Position numbers and translations under genes: made by a program | Shown: positions 1 to 10,644 of the stretch, one piece after another | Layout of the letters: each line of letters begins with the position of its first letter | How positions within the stretch are numbered: position 1 is the stretch's first letter | The notes under the pieces: generated by a model | The model's input: the letters and a program-made list of their open reading frames with translations, nothing else | Database searches by the model: none | Told to the model about the DNA's origin: nothing | From: Mycolicibacterium smegmatis | GTDB taxonomy: Bacteria; Actinomycetota; Actinomycetes; Mycobacteriales; Mycobacteriaceae | Direction of reading: 5' to 3' | Length of the DNA stretch: 32,000 nt | NCBI RefSeq assembly: GCF_001457595.1 | Contig: NZ_LN831039.1 | Coordinates: forward strand, 1,740,001 to 1,772,000

Positions 1-1
1 C

Positions 2-973
2 GCCGGTGAGGATTTCGAGCTGCTCGACGCCGATCGCAGCTCGGTGATCACCACCGACGACGGCGTGCCGCTCGCGGTGCGCGAGGTGGGCCCGAAGGAC
101 GCCAAGTTGACCGTGGTGTTCGCGCACGGATTCTGCCTGCGCATGAGCGCCTTTCATTTCCAGCGGGCCCGCCTGGCCGAGCAGTGGGGCGATCAGGTGC
201 GCATGGTGTTCTACGACCAGCGCGGTCACGGCCGCTCCGGGGAGGCACCGCCCGACACCTACACCGTCGAACAACTCGGGCGGGACCTGGAATCCGTTCT
301 GGCCGTGACGGCCCCGCGCGGACCGGTGGTGCTGGTGGGCCATTCGATGGGCGGTATGACGGTGCTGTCGCACGCCCGGCAGTTCCCGCAGCGCTACCCG
401 GCGCGCATCGTCGGCGCTGCGCTCATCTCGTCGGCGGCCGAGGGCGTCGACCGCTCCCCACTGGGCGAGATCCTGCGCAACCCGGCGCTGGAGGCCGTGC
501 GGTTCTCTGCGCGTTATGCGCCGAAACTCGTGCACCGCACACGTGGTGCGGCGCGCTCGCTGATCGCGCCGATCCTGCAGGCGGGGTCGTTCGGCGACGA
601 ACAGGTGAGCCCGAGTGTCGCGGCGTTCGCCGCGGACATGATGCACGGCACGCCGATCCCGACGCTCGTGGAGTTCCTGCACGCGCTCGAGGTGCACGAC
701 GAGACCGCGGCGCTCGACGTGCTGGCCGGGGTGCCGACGTTGATCGCGTGCGGTGACCGTGACCTGCTCACCCCGGTGGAATACTCCAGGGAAATGGCCG
801 AGCGGTTGCCGAAATCCGAACTGGTGGTCGTCGGGGGAGCGGGACACCTGGTGCAGCTTGAGGAGCCTGAAGTGATCAACGACGCGCTGATACGTCTGGT
901 CGAGCGCGCGACCCCGTCGAAACTCGTCGCGCTGGCGCGCCGGGTGCGCAACCGGGTACGGCCCCATGGGTGA
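2..973 (+). CDS. alpha/beta hydrolase, 5' partial (start upstream of window)
   Basis: The ORF given at 44..973 stays open in frame to base 2 (AGEDFELLDADRSSVITTDDG...). It has the alpha/beta hydrolase pattern VFAHGF, nucleophile elbow GHSMGG and C-terminal GAGHLVQLE. Confidence 0.85.
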   Translation, partial: AGEDFELLDADRSSVITTDDGVPLAVREVGPKDAKLTVVFAHGFCLRMSAFHFQRARLAEQWGDQVRMVFYDQRGHGRSGEAPPDTYTVEQLGRDLESVLAVTAPRGPVVLVGHSMGGMTVLSHARQFPQRYPARIVGAALISSAAEGVDRSPLGEILRNPALEAVRFSARYAPKLVHRTRGAARSLIAPILQAGSFGDEQVSPSVAAFAADMMHGTPIPTLVEFLHALEVHDETAALDVLAGVPTLIACGDRDLLTPVEYSREMAERLPKSELVVVGGAGHLVQLEEPEVINDALIRLVERATPSKLVALARRVRNRVRPHG

Positions 974-1433
974 GCGGGTGGACGGGACAGCGCGGCCGGC
1001 CACCGCGGAGGACACCATCGCGCTGGGCGCGCAGTTGGGTGCCCACCTGAAAGCCGGTGACGTGGTGGTGCTGTCCGGACCGCTCGGAGCGGGAAAGACC
1101 GTGCTGGCCAAGGGAATCGCACAAGCAATGGATGTCGAGGGCCCGGTGGTGTCACCGACGTTCGTACTGGCGCGCGTGCACCGGGCCCGCCAGGCGGACC
1201 GGCCCGCCATGGTGCACGTCGACATGTACCGGCTGCTCGACGAGCCCGGCGCCGATCTGCTCGGTGAACTCGACGCGCTGGACCTCGACACCGACCTCGA
1301 GGACGCCGTCGTGGTGGTCGAGTGGGGCGAAGGCCTGGCCGAACGCCTGTCCGACAGCCACCTCGACATCCACATCGACCGCGGATCCGACACCGAGACC
1401 CGCACTGTGACCTGGCATTGGAGCCGGACGTGA
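966..1433 (+). CDS. tsaE: tRNA threonylcarbamoyladenosine biosynthesis ATPase TsaE
   Basis: Walker A GPLGAGKTVLAKGIAQ, followed by SPTFVLARVH and MYRL; adjacent to tsaB, rimI and tsaD. Confidence 0.93.
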   Translation: MGERVDGTARPATAEDTIALGAQLGAHLKAGDVVVLSGPLGAGKTVLAKGIAQAMDVEGPVVSPTFVLARVHRARQADRPAMVHVDMYRLLDEPGADLLGELDALDLDTDLEDAVVVVEWGEGLAERLSDSHLDIHIDRGSDTETRTVTWHWSRT

Positions 1434-2074
1434 CGCGCACCGTCCTGACCATCGACACCGCGACCCCCGCCGTGAGCGCAGGCGTGGTGCGTCTGAGCGA
1501 CGGCGAGGCGCCCGCGACGCTCGCCGAACGCGTGACCATCGACGCGCGGGCACACGCCGAGCAGTTGACGCCCAACATCGTCGCCGCGCTGGGTGACGCC
1601 GGGATCACCGCGGGCGATCTCGACGCCGTTGTCGTGGGATGCGGGCCCGGCCCGTTCACCGGCCTGCGCGTCGGTATGGCCAGCGCCGCGGCGTTCGCGC
1701 ATGCCATCGGGGTCCCGGTGCACGGTGTGTGCAGCCTCGACGCGATCGGCGGAGACACCCGCGGCGACGTCCTCGTCGTCACCGACGCGCGCCGCCGCGA
1801 GGTGTACTGGGCGCGGTATCACGACGGCGCGCGCGTGGCGGGCCCGTCGGTGAACGCGCCCGCCGATGTACCCGCGCTGCTGGACGCGCCCGTCGCCGCG
1901 GTCGCCGGATCACCTGCCCACACCGCGTTGTTCGACCTGCCGGTACTGGAGCAGGTGTACCCGACGCCGGCCGGGCTGGTCGCTGCGGTCGCCGACTGGG
2001 ACGATCCGCAACCGCTCGTGCCGCTGTACCTGCGCAGGCCCGACGCGAAACCGTCCGCGGCGGTGAAGCGATGA
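1430..2074 (+). CDS. tsaB: tRNA threonylcarbamoyladenosine biosynthesis protein TsaB
   Basis: VTRTVLTIDTATPAVSAGVV...VGCGPGPFTGLRVGMASAAAFA; the GTG start overlaps the tsaE stop. The ORF track start at 1322 is an over-extension. Confidence 0.92.
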   Translation: MTRTVLTIDTATPAVSAGVVRLSDGEAPATLAERVTIDARAHAEQLTPNIVAALGDAGITAGDLDAVVVGCGPGPFTGLRVGMASAAAFAHAIGVPVHGVCSLDAIGGDTRGDVLVVTDARRREVYWARYHDGARVAGPSVNAPADVPALLDAPVAAVAGSPAHTALFDLPVLEQVYPTPAGLVAAVADWDDPQPLVPLYLRRPDAKPSAAVKR

Positions 2075-2547
2075 GCATCGACGGCACGGTGCAGTACACG
2101 CCGCTGCACAAAGACGACGCCGCACGCTGCGCCGAACTGGAATCCCAGCTGTTCGGCGGCGACGACCCGTGGCCCGCGCGGGCGTTCCTCGCCGAACTGG
2201 CCGCCAAGCACAACCACTACATCGCGGCCCGCTGTGACGGAAAGCTGGTGGGGTACGCGGGAATCGCACGGTTGGGCCGCGCCGTGCCGTACGAGTACGA
2301 GATCCACACCATCGGCGTCGACCCCGATCATCAGGGCCGCGGCATCGGGCGGGCGATGATGCAGCTGCTGCTCGAATATGCCTCGGGCGGAACGGTCTTC
2401 CTCGAAGTCCGCACCGACAACGAACCGGCGATCAAACTGTACGAAAGCCTCGGGTTCGTCACGATCGGACTGCGCAAGCGGTACTACCGGGCCAGCGGAG
2501 CCGACGCCTACACCATGCAACGCCTGCCCCAGGAGGGCCCGAAGTGA
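2071..2547 (+). CDS. rimI: GNAT N-acetyltransferase (ribosomal protein S18 alanine acetyltransferase, RimI)
   Basis: GNAT motif [20 protein letters not shown] and C-terminal [16 protein letters not shown]; ATG at 2071 overlaps the tsaB stop. Confidence 0.9.
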   Translation: MSIDGTVQYTPLHKDDAARCAELESQLFGGDDPWPARAFLAELAAKHNHYIAARCDGKLVGYAGIARLGRAVPYEYEIHTIGVDPDHQGRGIGRAMMQLLLEYASGGTVFLEVRTDNEPAIKLYESLGFVTIGLRKRYYRASGADAYTMQRLPQEGPK

Positions 2548-3566
2548 TCATCCTGGCCATCGAGAGTTCCTGCGACGAAACCGGCGTCGGAATCGCCGAT
2601 CTGCGCGACGACGGCACCGTGGCACTGCTGGCCGACGAGGTCGCCTCCAGCGTCGACGAACACGCCCGCTTCGGCGGCGTCGTCCCCGAGATCGCCTCAC
2701 GCGCGCACCTTGAGGCGCTCGGACCGACGATGCGGCGCGCGCTCGACGCGGCGGGCATCGAGCGCCCCGACGTCGTCGCGGCCACCATCGGACCCGGCCT
2801 GGCCGGCGCGCTGCTGGTCGGGGTCGCCGCGGCCAAGGCCTACGCGGCAGGTTGGGGTGTGCCGTTCTACGGCGTCAACCACCTCGGCGGGCACCTGGCT
2901 GCCGACGTCTACGACCACGGCCCGCTGCCCGAGAGCGTGGGTCTGCTGGTCTCCGGCGGGCACACCCACCTGTTGCACGTGCGTTCACTCGGCGAGCCGA
3001 TCATCGAGTTGGGCAGCACCGTCGACGACGCCGCGGGCGAGGCCTACGACAAAGTGGCCCGGCTGCTGGGGCTCGGCTATCCCGGTGGCCGGGTGCTCGA
3101 CGAACTGGCCCGCACCGGCGACCGCAATGCCATCGTCTTCCCGCGCGGCATGACCGGTCCGCGCGATGATCCGTACACGTTCAGCTTCTCGGGCCTCAAG
3201 ACCGCCGTCGCCCGCTACGTCGAAGCCCATCCCGAGGCGTCCCACGCCGACGTGGCCGCCGGTTTCCAGGAGTCGGTCGCCGACGTGCTGACCGCCAAGG
3301 CCGTGCGCGCTGCGACCGATCTCGGGGTGTCGACGTTGTTGATCGCAGGCGGCGTGGCCGCCAACTCGCGGCTGCGTGAGCTCGCCGAGGAGCGCTGCGC
3401 GGCCGCAGGGCTTACGTTGCGGGTGCCGCGTCCCCGGCTGTGCACCGACAACGGCGCGATGATCGCGTCGTTCGCCGCGCACCTGATCGCCGCGGGCGCG
3501 CAACCGTCGCCGCTGGACGCGGCCAGCGACCCGGGGCTGCCGGTCGTCAAGGGCCAGGTCGCGTGA
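2544..3566 (+). CDS. tsaD: tRNA N6-adenosine threonylcarbamoyltransferase TsaD (Gcp/Kae1)
   Basis: [16 protein letters not shown], conserved [19 protein letters not shown] and [10 protein letters not shown] motifs. Confidence 0.97.
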   Translation: MIILAIESSCDETGVGIADLRDDGTVALLADEVASSVDEHARFGGVVPEIASRAHLEALGPTMRRALDAAGIERPDVVAATIGPGLAGALLVGVAAAKAYAAGWGVPFYGVNHLGGHLAADVYDHGPLPESVGLLVSGGHTHLLHVRSLGEPIIELGSTVDDAAGEAYDKVARLLGLGYPGGRVLDELARTGDRNAIVFPRGMTGPRDDPYTFSFSGLKTAVARYVEAHPEASHADVAAGFQESVADVLTAKAVRAATDLGVSTLLIAGGVAANSRLRELAEERCAAAGLTLRVPRPRLCTDNGAMIASFAAHLIAAGAQPSPLDAASDPGLPVVKGQVA

Positions 3567-4012
3567 ACCCCGAGCGGCTCGCGCACACACTGCAGATCAC
3601 CGAGCTGCTGTACCGCTACGCCGAGCTCGTCGACGCCGGCGACTTCGACGGCGTCGGGCAGCTGCTGGGCCGCGGCGACTTCATGGGCGTCGCGGGCGCC
3701 GAGGGCATCGCCGCGTTGTTCGCGTCGACCACGCGGCGTTTCCCCGAGCACGGCAACCGGCCCCGCACTCGGCATCTGGTGCTCAACCCGATCATCGACA
3801 TCAACGGGGAGCGCGCGCAGGCGCGGTCGACGTTCGTCGTCATCCAGAACACCGAGACCATTGCGCTGCAGCCCATCGTGGCCGGGCGCTACGCGGACAC
3901 GTTCGCCCTGGACGACACGGGGTGGCACTTCACCGAGCGGCGGGTGGACGTCGAGATGATCGGTGACGTGTCGGAACACCTCATGCTGGATCCGGACACC
4001 TTGCCCAAGTAA
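3563..4012 (+). CDS. nuclear transport factor 2 / SnoaL-like family protein
   Basis: [36 protein letters not shown]...FVVIQNT...[21 protein letters not shown]. The GTG at 3563 overlaps the tsaD stop. Confidence 0.8.
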   Translation: MNPERLAHTLQITELLYRYAELVDAGDFDGVGQLLGRGDFMGVAGAEGIAALFASTTRRFPEHGNRPRTRHLVLNPIIDINGERAQARSTFVVIQNTETIALQPIVAGRYADTFALDDTGWHFTERRVDVEMIGDVSEHLMLDPDTLPK

Positions 4013-4043
4013 TCGCGGAGCAATCACGGGGCAACCTTGAGTG

Positions 4044-4070
4044 CTAGCACTCTCATGTATAGAGTGCTAG
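4044..4070 (+). promoter_or_regulatory. CIRCE operator (HrcA-binding inverted repeat)
   Basis: CTAGCACTC-N9-GAGTGCTAG, a perfect 9-bp inverted repeat matching the CIRCE consensus TTAGCACTC-N9-GAGTGCTAA except at the outermost base of each arm; lies upstream of groES. Confidence 0.93.
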
Positions 4071-4202
4071 GTGGCAGGCGGACGCCCCACGTGCCGGCAC
4101 CCGCGACGACGGAGCGAGGGGTCAGGACGCATGCCGAACAACCTGGTAACCGGAATCTGGGGACTTCCCGGATCTCACCTTTAACTAGTGGAGGGCTCCA
4201 TC

Positions 4203-4505
4203 GTGGCGAGCGTGAACATCAAGCCACTCGAGGACAAGATCCTCGTTCAGGCCAACGAGGCCGAGACCACGACCGCTTCGGGTCTGGTCATCCCCGACAC
4301 CGCCAAGGAGAAGCCGCAGGAAGGCACCGTCGTCGCAGTTGGCCCCGGCCGCTGGGATGAGGACGGCGAGAAGCGGATCCCCCTGGACGTTGCCGAGGGT
4401 GACACCGTCATCTACAGCAAGTACGGCGGCACCGAGATCAAGTACAACGGCGAGGAGTACCTGATCCTGTCGGCCCGCGACGTGCTGGCTGTCGTCTCCA
4501 AGTAA
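4203..4505 (+). CDS. groES: co-chaperonin GroES (Cpn10)
   Basis: [49 protein letters not shown]...; GTG start at 4203 rather than the ORF-track start at 4188. Confidence 0.97.
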   Translation: MASVNIKPLEDKILVQANEAETTTASGLVIPDTAKEKPQEGTVVAVGPGRWDEDGEKRIPLDVAEGDTVIYSKYGGTEIKYNGEEYLILSARDVLAVVSK

Positions 4506-4516
4506 TCACTCGTGTA

Positions 4517-4562
4517 ACCGCCCCGGAGGTCCCCGTGTCACACGGGTGATGTCCGGGGCGGT
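4517..4562 (+). promoter_or_regulatory. groES-groEL1 intergenic stem-loop
   Basis: Outer arms ACCGCCCCGGA / TCCGGGGCGGT (11 bp perfect) enclose inner arms CCCGTG / CACGGG. No poly-U tail follows. Confidence 0.7.
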
Positions 4563-4579
4563 ACGCGTTAGGCGTCTGA

Positions 4580-6211
<1,632 letters not shown>

Positions 6212-6225
6212 TCCATTTCACGCGA

Positions 6226-6257
6226 CACCCCCGGTCCGCTTGGGCCGGGGGTGTTTT
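6226..6257 (+). terminator. Rho-independent terminator after groEL1
   Basis: CACCCCCGG...CCGGGGGTG hairpin followed directly by TTTT. Confidence 0.8.
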
Positions 6258-6272
6258 CGTTTGGGTGCGGGC

Positions 6273-6469
6273 GCCGCTGAGCGGTTTTTCGAGGCCTGCG
6301 AGACCGGCAAGGGCTGGGCCCGCTGCCGGCAGTACTGCCACTCCGATGCCACCTTCACCGCGCAGGCCGACGCGCTGGCGGACGTGGTGGACTTCGAGGC
6401 GACAAGATCCGCCATATGACGAAGATCTGGAGCGACGGCGTGACGATGCAGCAATTCGGCTGGGCCTGA
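6273..6469 (+). pseudogene. remnant of SnoaL-like / ester cyclase family gene with internal deletion and frameshift
   Basis: Frame 1 gives AAERFFEACETGKGWARCRQYCHSDATFTAQADALADVVDFEA. At about 6400 this is joined, out of frame, to DKIRHMTKIWSDGVTMQQFGWA*. The two pieces look like the N- and C-termini of one family protein. Confidence 0.7.
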
Positions 6470-6706
6470 ATCATTTTGCCGAGCGCGTCGAGCTTCGGTC
6501 AGGACCCTGGGGTACTACTTGTCAGCGTCCCGTCTCCGAGCTCGACATCATGGCTGTGATTTCCGCTCCTGGCGGCGAAACCACGACCATGGTGTCCATG
6601 TTGGCGATAGGGGCCAGATCAGTAATACCAGTGGGAGACACTCTCACCGCTGGCTCGCGCTCGGGGGTACCGGTCGACGTATGCGGCCTATAGTGCGTGA
6701 GCCGCG

Positions 6707-7831
6707 TCAGCGGTAGACATTGTCGGGCGTGACCACCCCGGTGACCGCGGTCGCGACGGCCGTGCCGACCTCGTGGGGCACATCGGTGTTGACGAAGACC
6801 ACGAGCGTGCTCTGGGCCTCGGGAAGTCCCACCACGACGGTCTCGAAGCCCGGGGTGATGCCACTGTGGCCGATCCAGCCGTTCGTGTCGAAGGCGCCCA
6901 CACCGTATTTCGCGTTCTCGCTCATCGGCAGGGCGGTGCGGAAGCGTTCGTCGCGAAGATTCTCGGAGAGCAACTCGCCCGACGACAGCTTCTGTGCCCA
7001 GACCCGCATGTCGTCGAGAGTCGAGATCATGTTGCCGTTCGACCACGCCCAGGACGGGTTCCAGTCGGTGGTGACGCGCGGGGTTCCGTCCAGGACCGTG
7101 TAGCCCTGCGGATGGGGCTCGGGGAAGGCCGGTGACGTGGGAATGCTCGTGTGCGTCAACTTCAATGGCACCAGGATGTGCTGCCGGACATAGTCCGCGA
7201 GGCTCTGGCCGCTGAGTTTCTCGACCACCAGACCGAGAAGCACGGTGTTGGTGTTGCAGTAGTCGTACTGCGTTCCCGGTGGGAACTGCAGCGGTTTGTC
7301 GAGGGCGTAGCCCAGCAGTTGTTGTGGAGTGAAAGTTCGTTGCGGGTCGGCGAGGAACGCGGCCTCGAATTCCGGCACGCCGTCGTAGGTGACCAGACCG
7401 CTTTGCATCTGCGCCAGGTGACGCAACGTGATCGTGTCGCCCGACGGCACGTCCGCGACGTACATCGAGATCGGGTCGTCGAGTCCCGCCTTGCCCTGAT
7501 CGATCAGTGTCAGCAGCGCGGTGATGGTGAAAGTCTTTGTCAGACTGCCGATCCGTGTGTACATGTCGGCCTGCATGGGGGCTCGGGTCGCGGTGTCGGC
7601 GACGCCGAATGCCCGAACATAGGTGACGTCAGGCCCCCAGAAACCGACAACGGCCCCGGGGATCGACAGGTCCGCCATGACTTTCCCGACCGCATCGTCG
7701 AGTTGCGCGGCAATCGGAGGGGCGGCGGGTGCCGTTGCACACGCAGACGCCGCGACGAACGTGATCGCCGCGATCACGGCGCCGGTGGCGGCCCGGACAA
7801 AACCGGGCACCAACGGCCACGCGCTCATCAT
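6707..7831 (-). CDS. serine hydrolase, beta-lactamase / D-alanyl-D-alanine carboxypeptidase family, probable lipoprotein
   Basis: N-terminal signal with lipobox-like ASAC, SxxK motif SLTK, YxN motif YCN and HSG motif (WIGHSGITPG). Confidence 0.9.
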   Translation of the reverse strand: MMSAWPLVPGFVRAATGAVIAAITFVAASACATAPAAPPIAAQLDDAVGKVMADLSIPGAVVGFWGPDVTYVRAFGVADTATRAPMQADMYTRIGSLTKTFTITALLTLIDQGKAGLDDPISMYVADVPSGDTITLRHLAQMQSGLVTYDGVPEFEAAFLADPQRTFTPQQLLGYALDKPLQFPPGTQYDYCNTNTVLLGLVVEKLSGQSLADYVRQHILVPLKLTHTSIPTSPAFPEPHPQGYTVLDGTPRVTTDWNPSWAWSNGNMISTLDDMRVWAQKLSSGELLSENLRDERFRTALPMSENAKYGVGAFDTNGWIGHSGITPGFETVVVGLPEAQSTLVVFVNTDVPHEVGTAVATAVTGVVTPDNVYR

Positions 7832-7927
7832 CTGACAGTAGTGACCCTCTGCCGAGCGTGGGCGTTATGCACGGATTTCGAGCGAAAAGCGTCAACAAGG
7901 CCCACGGTGGGCGCGCACTATTGCTCC

Positions 7928-8287
7928 ATGCGCACGGGGCGGTGTGTCGCGGTGGCCGGGGTGGTGGCGTGCCTGGCCCCGGCACTGGCCGTGCCCGCGG
8001 CCGCGACACTCGACCCGATTCCCGGCGAGGGATTCTTTCTGGTCGGTACCGACATCGCACCGGGTCTGTACACCACCGGGGGATCGGAGTCACCGTTCGC
8101 GGTCTGGATCAACGACGTACCGACACAGGACTCGATGTGCATGTGGTTCACCTACAGCACGCCCGATGCGAACAAGGACAATGTGGTCGCGACGAACATG
8201 TCGGTGGGCCCGATGAACGCGAACATCAACTCGACGGTGAAGGCGTTCGAGACGCACAACTGTCAACCGTGGACGCGAGTCACCTGA
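7928..8287 (+). CDS. small secreted protein of unknown function
   Basis: MRTGRCVAVAGVVACLAPALAVPAAATLDP signal peptide, then GEGFFLVGTDIAPGLYTTGGSESPFAVWIND... The upstream ORF-track extension lies antisense to the serine hydrolase and is unlikely to be coding. Confidence 0.7.
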   Translation: MRTGRCVAVAGVVACLAPALAVPAAATLDPIPGEGFFLVGTDIAPGLYTTGGSESPFAVWINDVPTQDSMCMWFTYSTPDANKDNVVATNMSVGPMNANINSTVKAFETHNCQPWTRVT

Positions 8288-9246
8288 GCGACGACGTCCC
8301 GGATCGCTTCGACCACCAACGCGGGGGAGTAGAGGTAGATGTCGTGGCCGCTGTGGGTTTCGGTGATGTGCCCGGCGCCGATCGCCGCGGCGAGGCGATC
8401 CTGCGCGACGAGCCAGTCGGCGAACGTGACCTGCTCGCCCTGCCTCGCCGACTCCGGCAGAAGATCGGTGCGCCATGGTTTGTCGGCCGAGAGCACGACG
8501 GCCGGCACCGCGGGCAGGCCAGGTGCGGCAGCGATGCGGCCGAACGCGTCGATGAGAAGCACGCCCTCACGCACCTGATCTGACGTCGTCGCATTGCTGG
8601 CGTCCCAGTTCGCGAGCGCGGCCGGGTTGACGACGTCCGCCATCTGCTCACTCACCGCGTCGACCATGACCAGTGCGCCGACCGTCTCGGGGTGCATGCG
8701 GGCATAGAGGTCTGCGATCAGCCCTGAGTACGAGTGTGCGACAAGGACGTACGGGGCAGGCTCGCCGAGGGCCGTGAGCAGGGCGTGCAGATCGTCGACG
8801 TCTAGGTCGACGCTGTGGGGTTGCGCGCGCGGTGTCGAGATGTCGCTGCCGCCCATGCGGACGTCGGGCCGGTCGTACGCGCACACCCGGGTGAAGCGGG
8901 CGATGGCGGGCAGAACGGCCTCGCTGCTGTGGATAAGGTCGCCGTGGCCGAAGGGCAGGTTGTCGCCCGGTGCGTCGTGTTCCGGGTCGTCGGGGGCGAG
9001 GATCTGCAGCCAGTCGTCGACGCCGTTACCCTTGCCTGCCATCAGAACGACCGTCGGAGAACCGCTTCCGCGGCACTCCACGAAGATCGCGCGGCCGTCC
9101 CCGGAGATGTCGACCAGGCCGACGACATCTCCGGGGACGGCGATCGCGAGCGGTGGACCACAGAACAGAGCGGCGACGCACGCGACGCATGCGACATTTG
9201 CGATCCGGCTGAGCCGGAGATCTTTTCGACGGCGGTGACGGCTCAA
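8263..9246 (-). CDS. exported alpha/beta hydrolase
   Basis: Signal-like ANVACVACVAALFCGPPLAIAVP, then nucleophile elbow VAHSYSG and an alpha/beta hydrolase core. The start is uncertain; a TTG at 9246 is suggested. The ORF remains open to 9477. Confidence 0.8.
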   Translation of the reverse strand: MSRHRRRKDLRLSRIANVACVACVAALFCGPPLAIAVPGDVVGLVDISGDGRAIFVECRGSGSPTVVLMAGKGNGVDDWLQILAPDDPEHDAPGDNLPFGHGDLIHSSEAVLPAIARFTRVCAYDRPDVRMGGSDISTPRAQPHSVDLDVDDLHALLTALGEPAPYVLVAHSYSGLIADLYARMHPETVGALVMVDAVSEQMADVVNPAALANWDASNATTSDQVREGVLLIDAFGRIAAAPGLPAVPAVVLSADKPWRTDLLPESARQGEQVTFADWLVAQDRLAAAIGAGHITETHSGHDIYLYSPALVVEAIRDVVAQVTRVHG

Positions 9247-10640
9247 GAAGCGATCTTGAGGTGCCGCGCCCCGTCGCCGGACGCGATACTCACCGGGGCG
9301 ACAGCCGGCGATCCCGTGCGCACCACCCCGATGGGCCCGGACCGCACGAATCGTGCGAATTTCATGTCGTGCAGAGTCACTCGCGCTTTGGCCTGGCGGT
9401 AGCCGATGCGCACCCCGGTCGCGCCGGCGGCGAGCAGACCGCTGAGTCCGGGCAGGGCCGAATAGAGCAGCGCCCATATCGACATGGCCACCAGAGCCGC
9501 GACGGCCTCCTCGGTGGGTGCCGGCAAGCCGAAGGGGCCGGGGCGTTGCGGGTTGGCGAGAACCGGCACGGTCGACTTCAGCATCGCGGACACCGGAGTC
9601 GCCGGGGTGACGTCGACGCTGCCGTGCGCCGACCGGACGCGGTTGGGTGTCGGCGACGGCGCATCCGGCATCGACGCGCGGTGCAACGTCTCCTTCAGGA
9701 GAACCACGATCGAGTCGGACGGGTGGAGTGCACTCGACGCGTGCCTGTTGCTGACACCCTGGCCCAACGACGACGGCGCGTCGAGTACGGAACGGAGCTC
9801 GGCCATCAGCTGGACGACCGCGTCGACCGCCTCGATGGCCGTCGTCGCGAGGACCTTCATGAGATGGGCGACCAGCTCGCGCAGGTTCGGCGGTGCGGTG
9901 ACCGCCGGCGCCGGCGCGGCCGGCGTCTGGGCAGGCACCGCAGGCGCGGCCGCGGCGGGCGCAGCCGGTGCGGTGGACGGGCCGGTTGATGCGGCCAACG
10001 TGGCACCTGCCTCGGCGCCGGTCGCCGGTTGCGTCCCGCTCGGCGTCGACGTCGAGGTGACGGTCTGTGCACTGACGGTCACCGCCTCGGCCGGAGCCGG
10101 GGCAGCGGGGGCCGGTGCCGTGGCGGTGGACGTCGCCGCGACGACGACGGCGGAATCCGCGTCGGTGGTCTTCGGCTTGGTGACCGAGGTGTTGGTCTGC
10201 GCGGAGACGGTGGTGACGGGCCGGTCGTCGTCGGCAGTTCCACCCGAGGTGATCTTCACGGTCCGGCTGGTGTCGGACACCGTGGTGTCACTGGAGGGAG
10301 TGGTGGCCCCACCCGACGAACCCGATGTGCTCGGGCTGTTGTCGCCGGTCTTGTTGTTCGTGCCGCCGGAACCACCCGATGTGGTGCTCGTGGTGCTGCT
10401 CGACGTGACGGTGCCATCCTCGGAGGCCGTGATGCTGGTACCCGAAATGGTGCTGCTGGGACCCGTGCTGGAAGTGGTGTCCGATGCCGAGACGCTGTCG
10501 GTTTCGGCCGCGGCGATTCCAGGGCTGGTGCAGACAAGCACCAGGCCGGCGGAGAGGAGACACGCACCCGCCGTCAGTTGAATACCGGTAACAATCGGGA
10601 GACTCCTCGCAGTAACGCCGTGATACTTAGCCTGAATCCG
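9243..10640 (-). CDS. Ser/Thr-rich exported or surface protein of unknown function; 5' end ambiguous or disrupted by the adjacent IS
   Basis: Hydrophobic signal ITAG..LTAGACLLSAGLVLVCTSPGIAAAETDS, long low-complexity S/T/G/P/A region, and C-terminal hydrophobic segment ALVAMSIWALLYSALPGLSGLLAAGATG. No ATG/GTG/TTG in frame is evident between the IS-proximal side and the signal peptide. Confidence 0.65.
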   Translation of the reverse strand, partial: RIQAKYHGVTARSLPIVTGIQLTAGACLLSAGLVLVCTSPGIAAAETDSVSASDTTSSTGPSSTISGTSITASEDGTVTSSSTTSTTSGGSGGTNNKTGDNSPSTSGSSGGATTPSSDTTVSDTSRTVKITSGGTADDDRPVTTVSAQTNTSVTKPKTTDADSAVVVAATSTATAPAPAAPAPAEAVTVSAQTVTSTSTPSGTQPATGAEAGATLAASTGPSTAPAAPAAAAPAVPAQTPAAPAPAVTAPPNLRELVAHLMKVLATTAIEAVDAVVQLMAELRSVLDAPSSLGQGVSNRHASSALHPSDSIVVLLKETLHRASMPDAPSPTPNRVRSAHGSVDVTPATPVSAMLKSTVPVLANPQRPGPFGLPAPTEEAVAALVAMSIWALLYSALPGLSGLLAAGATGVRIGYRQAKARVTLHDMKFARFVRSGPIGVVRTGSPAVAPVSIASGDGARHLKIAS

Positions 10641-10644
10641 TGGA

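Noticed and set aside
1322-1429. N-terminal extension of the tsaB ORF
   Set aside because: Lies inside tsaE in another frame; TsaB homology starts at the GTG at 1430.
6265-6693. 142-aa plus-strand ORF
   Set aside because: Reads the ester-cyclase remnant out of frame and runs through the palindromic gap; not a credible protein.
7151-7927. N-terminal extension of the small secreted protein ORF
   Set aside because: Antisense to the serine hydrolase; a signal peptide begins at the ATG at 7928.
9990-10560. Possible tandem DNA repeat array or CRISPR in the Ser/Thr-rich coding region
   Set aside because: Composition is repetitive at amino-acid level, but no fixed-length repeat with unique spacers can be seen.
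9484-10581. 365-aa plus-strand ORF opposite the Ser/Thr-rich protein
   Set aside because: The minus strand carries a signal peptide and a coherent low-complexity composition; the plus ORF looks like its mirror.
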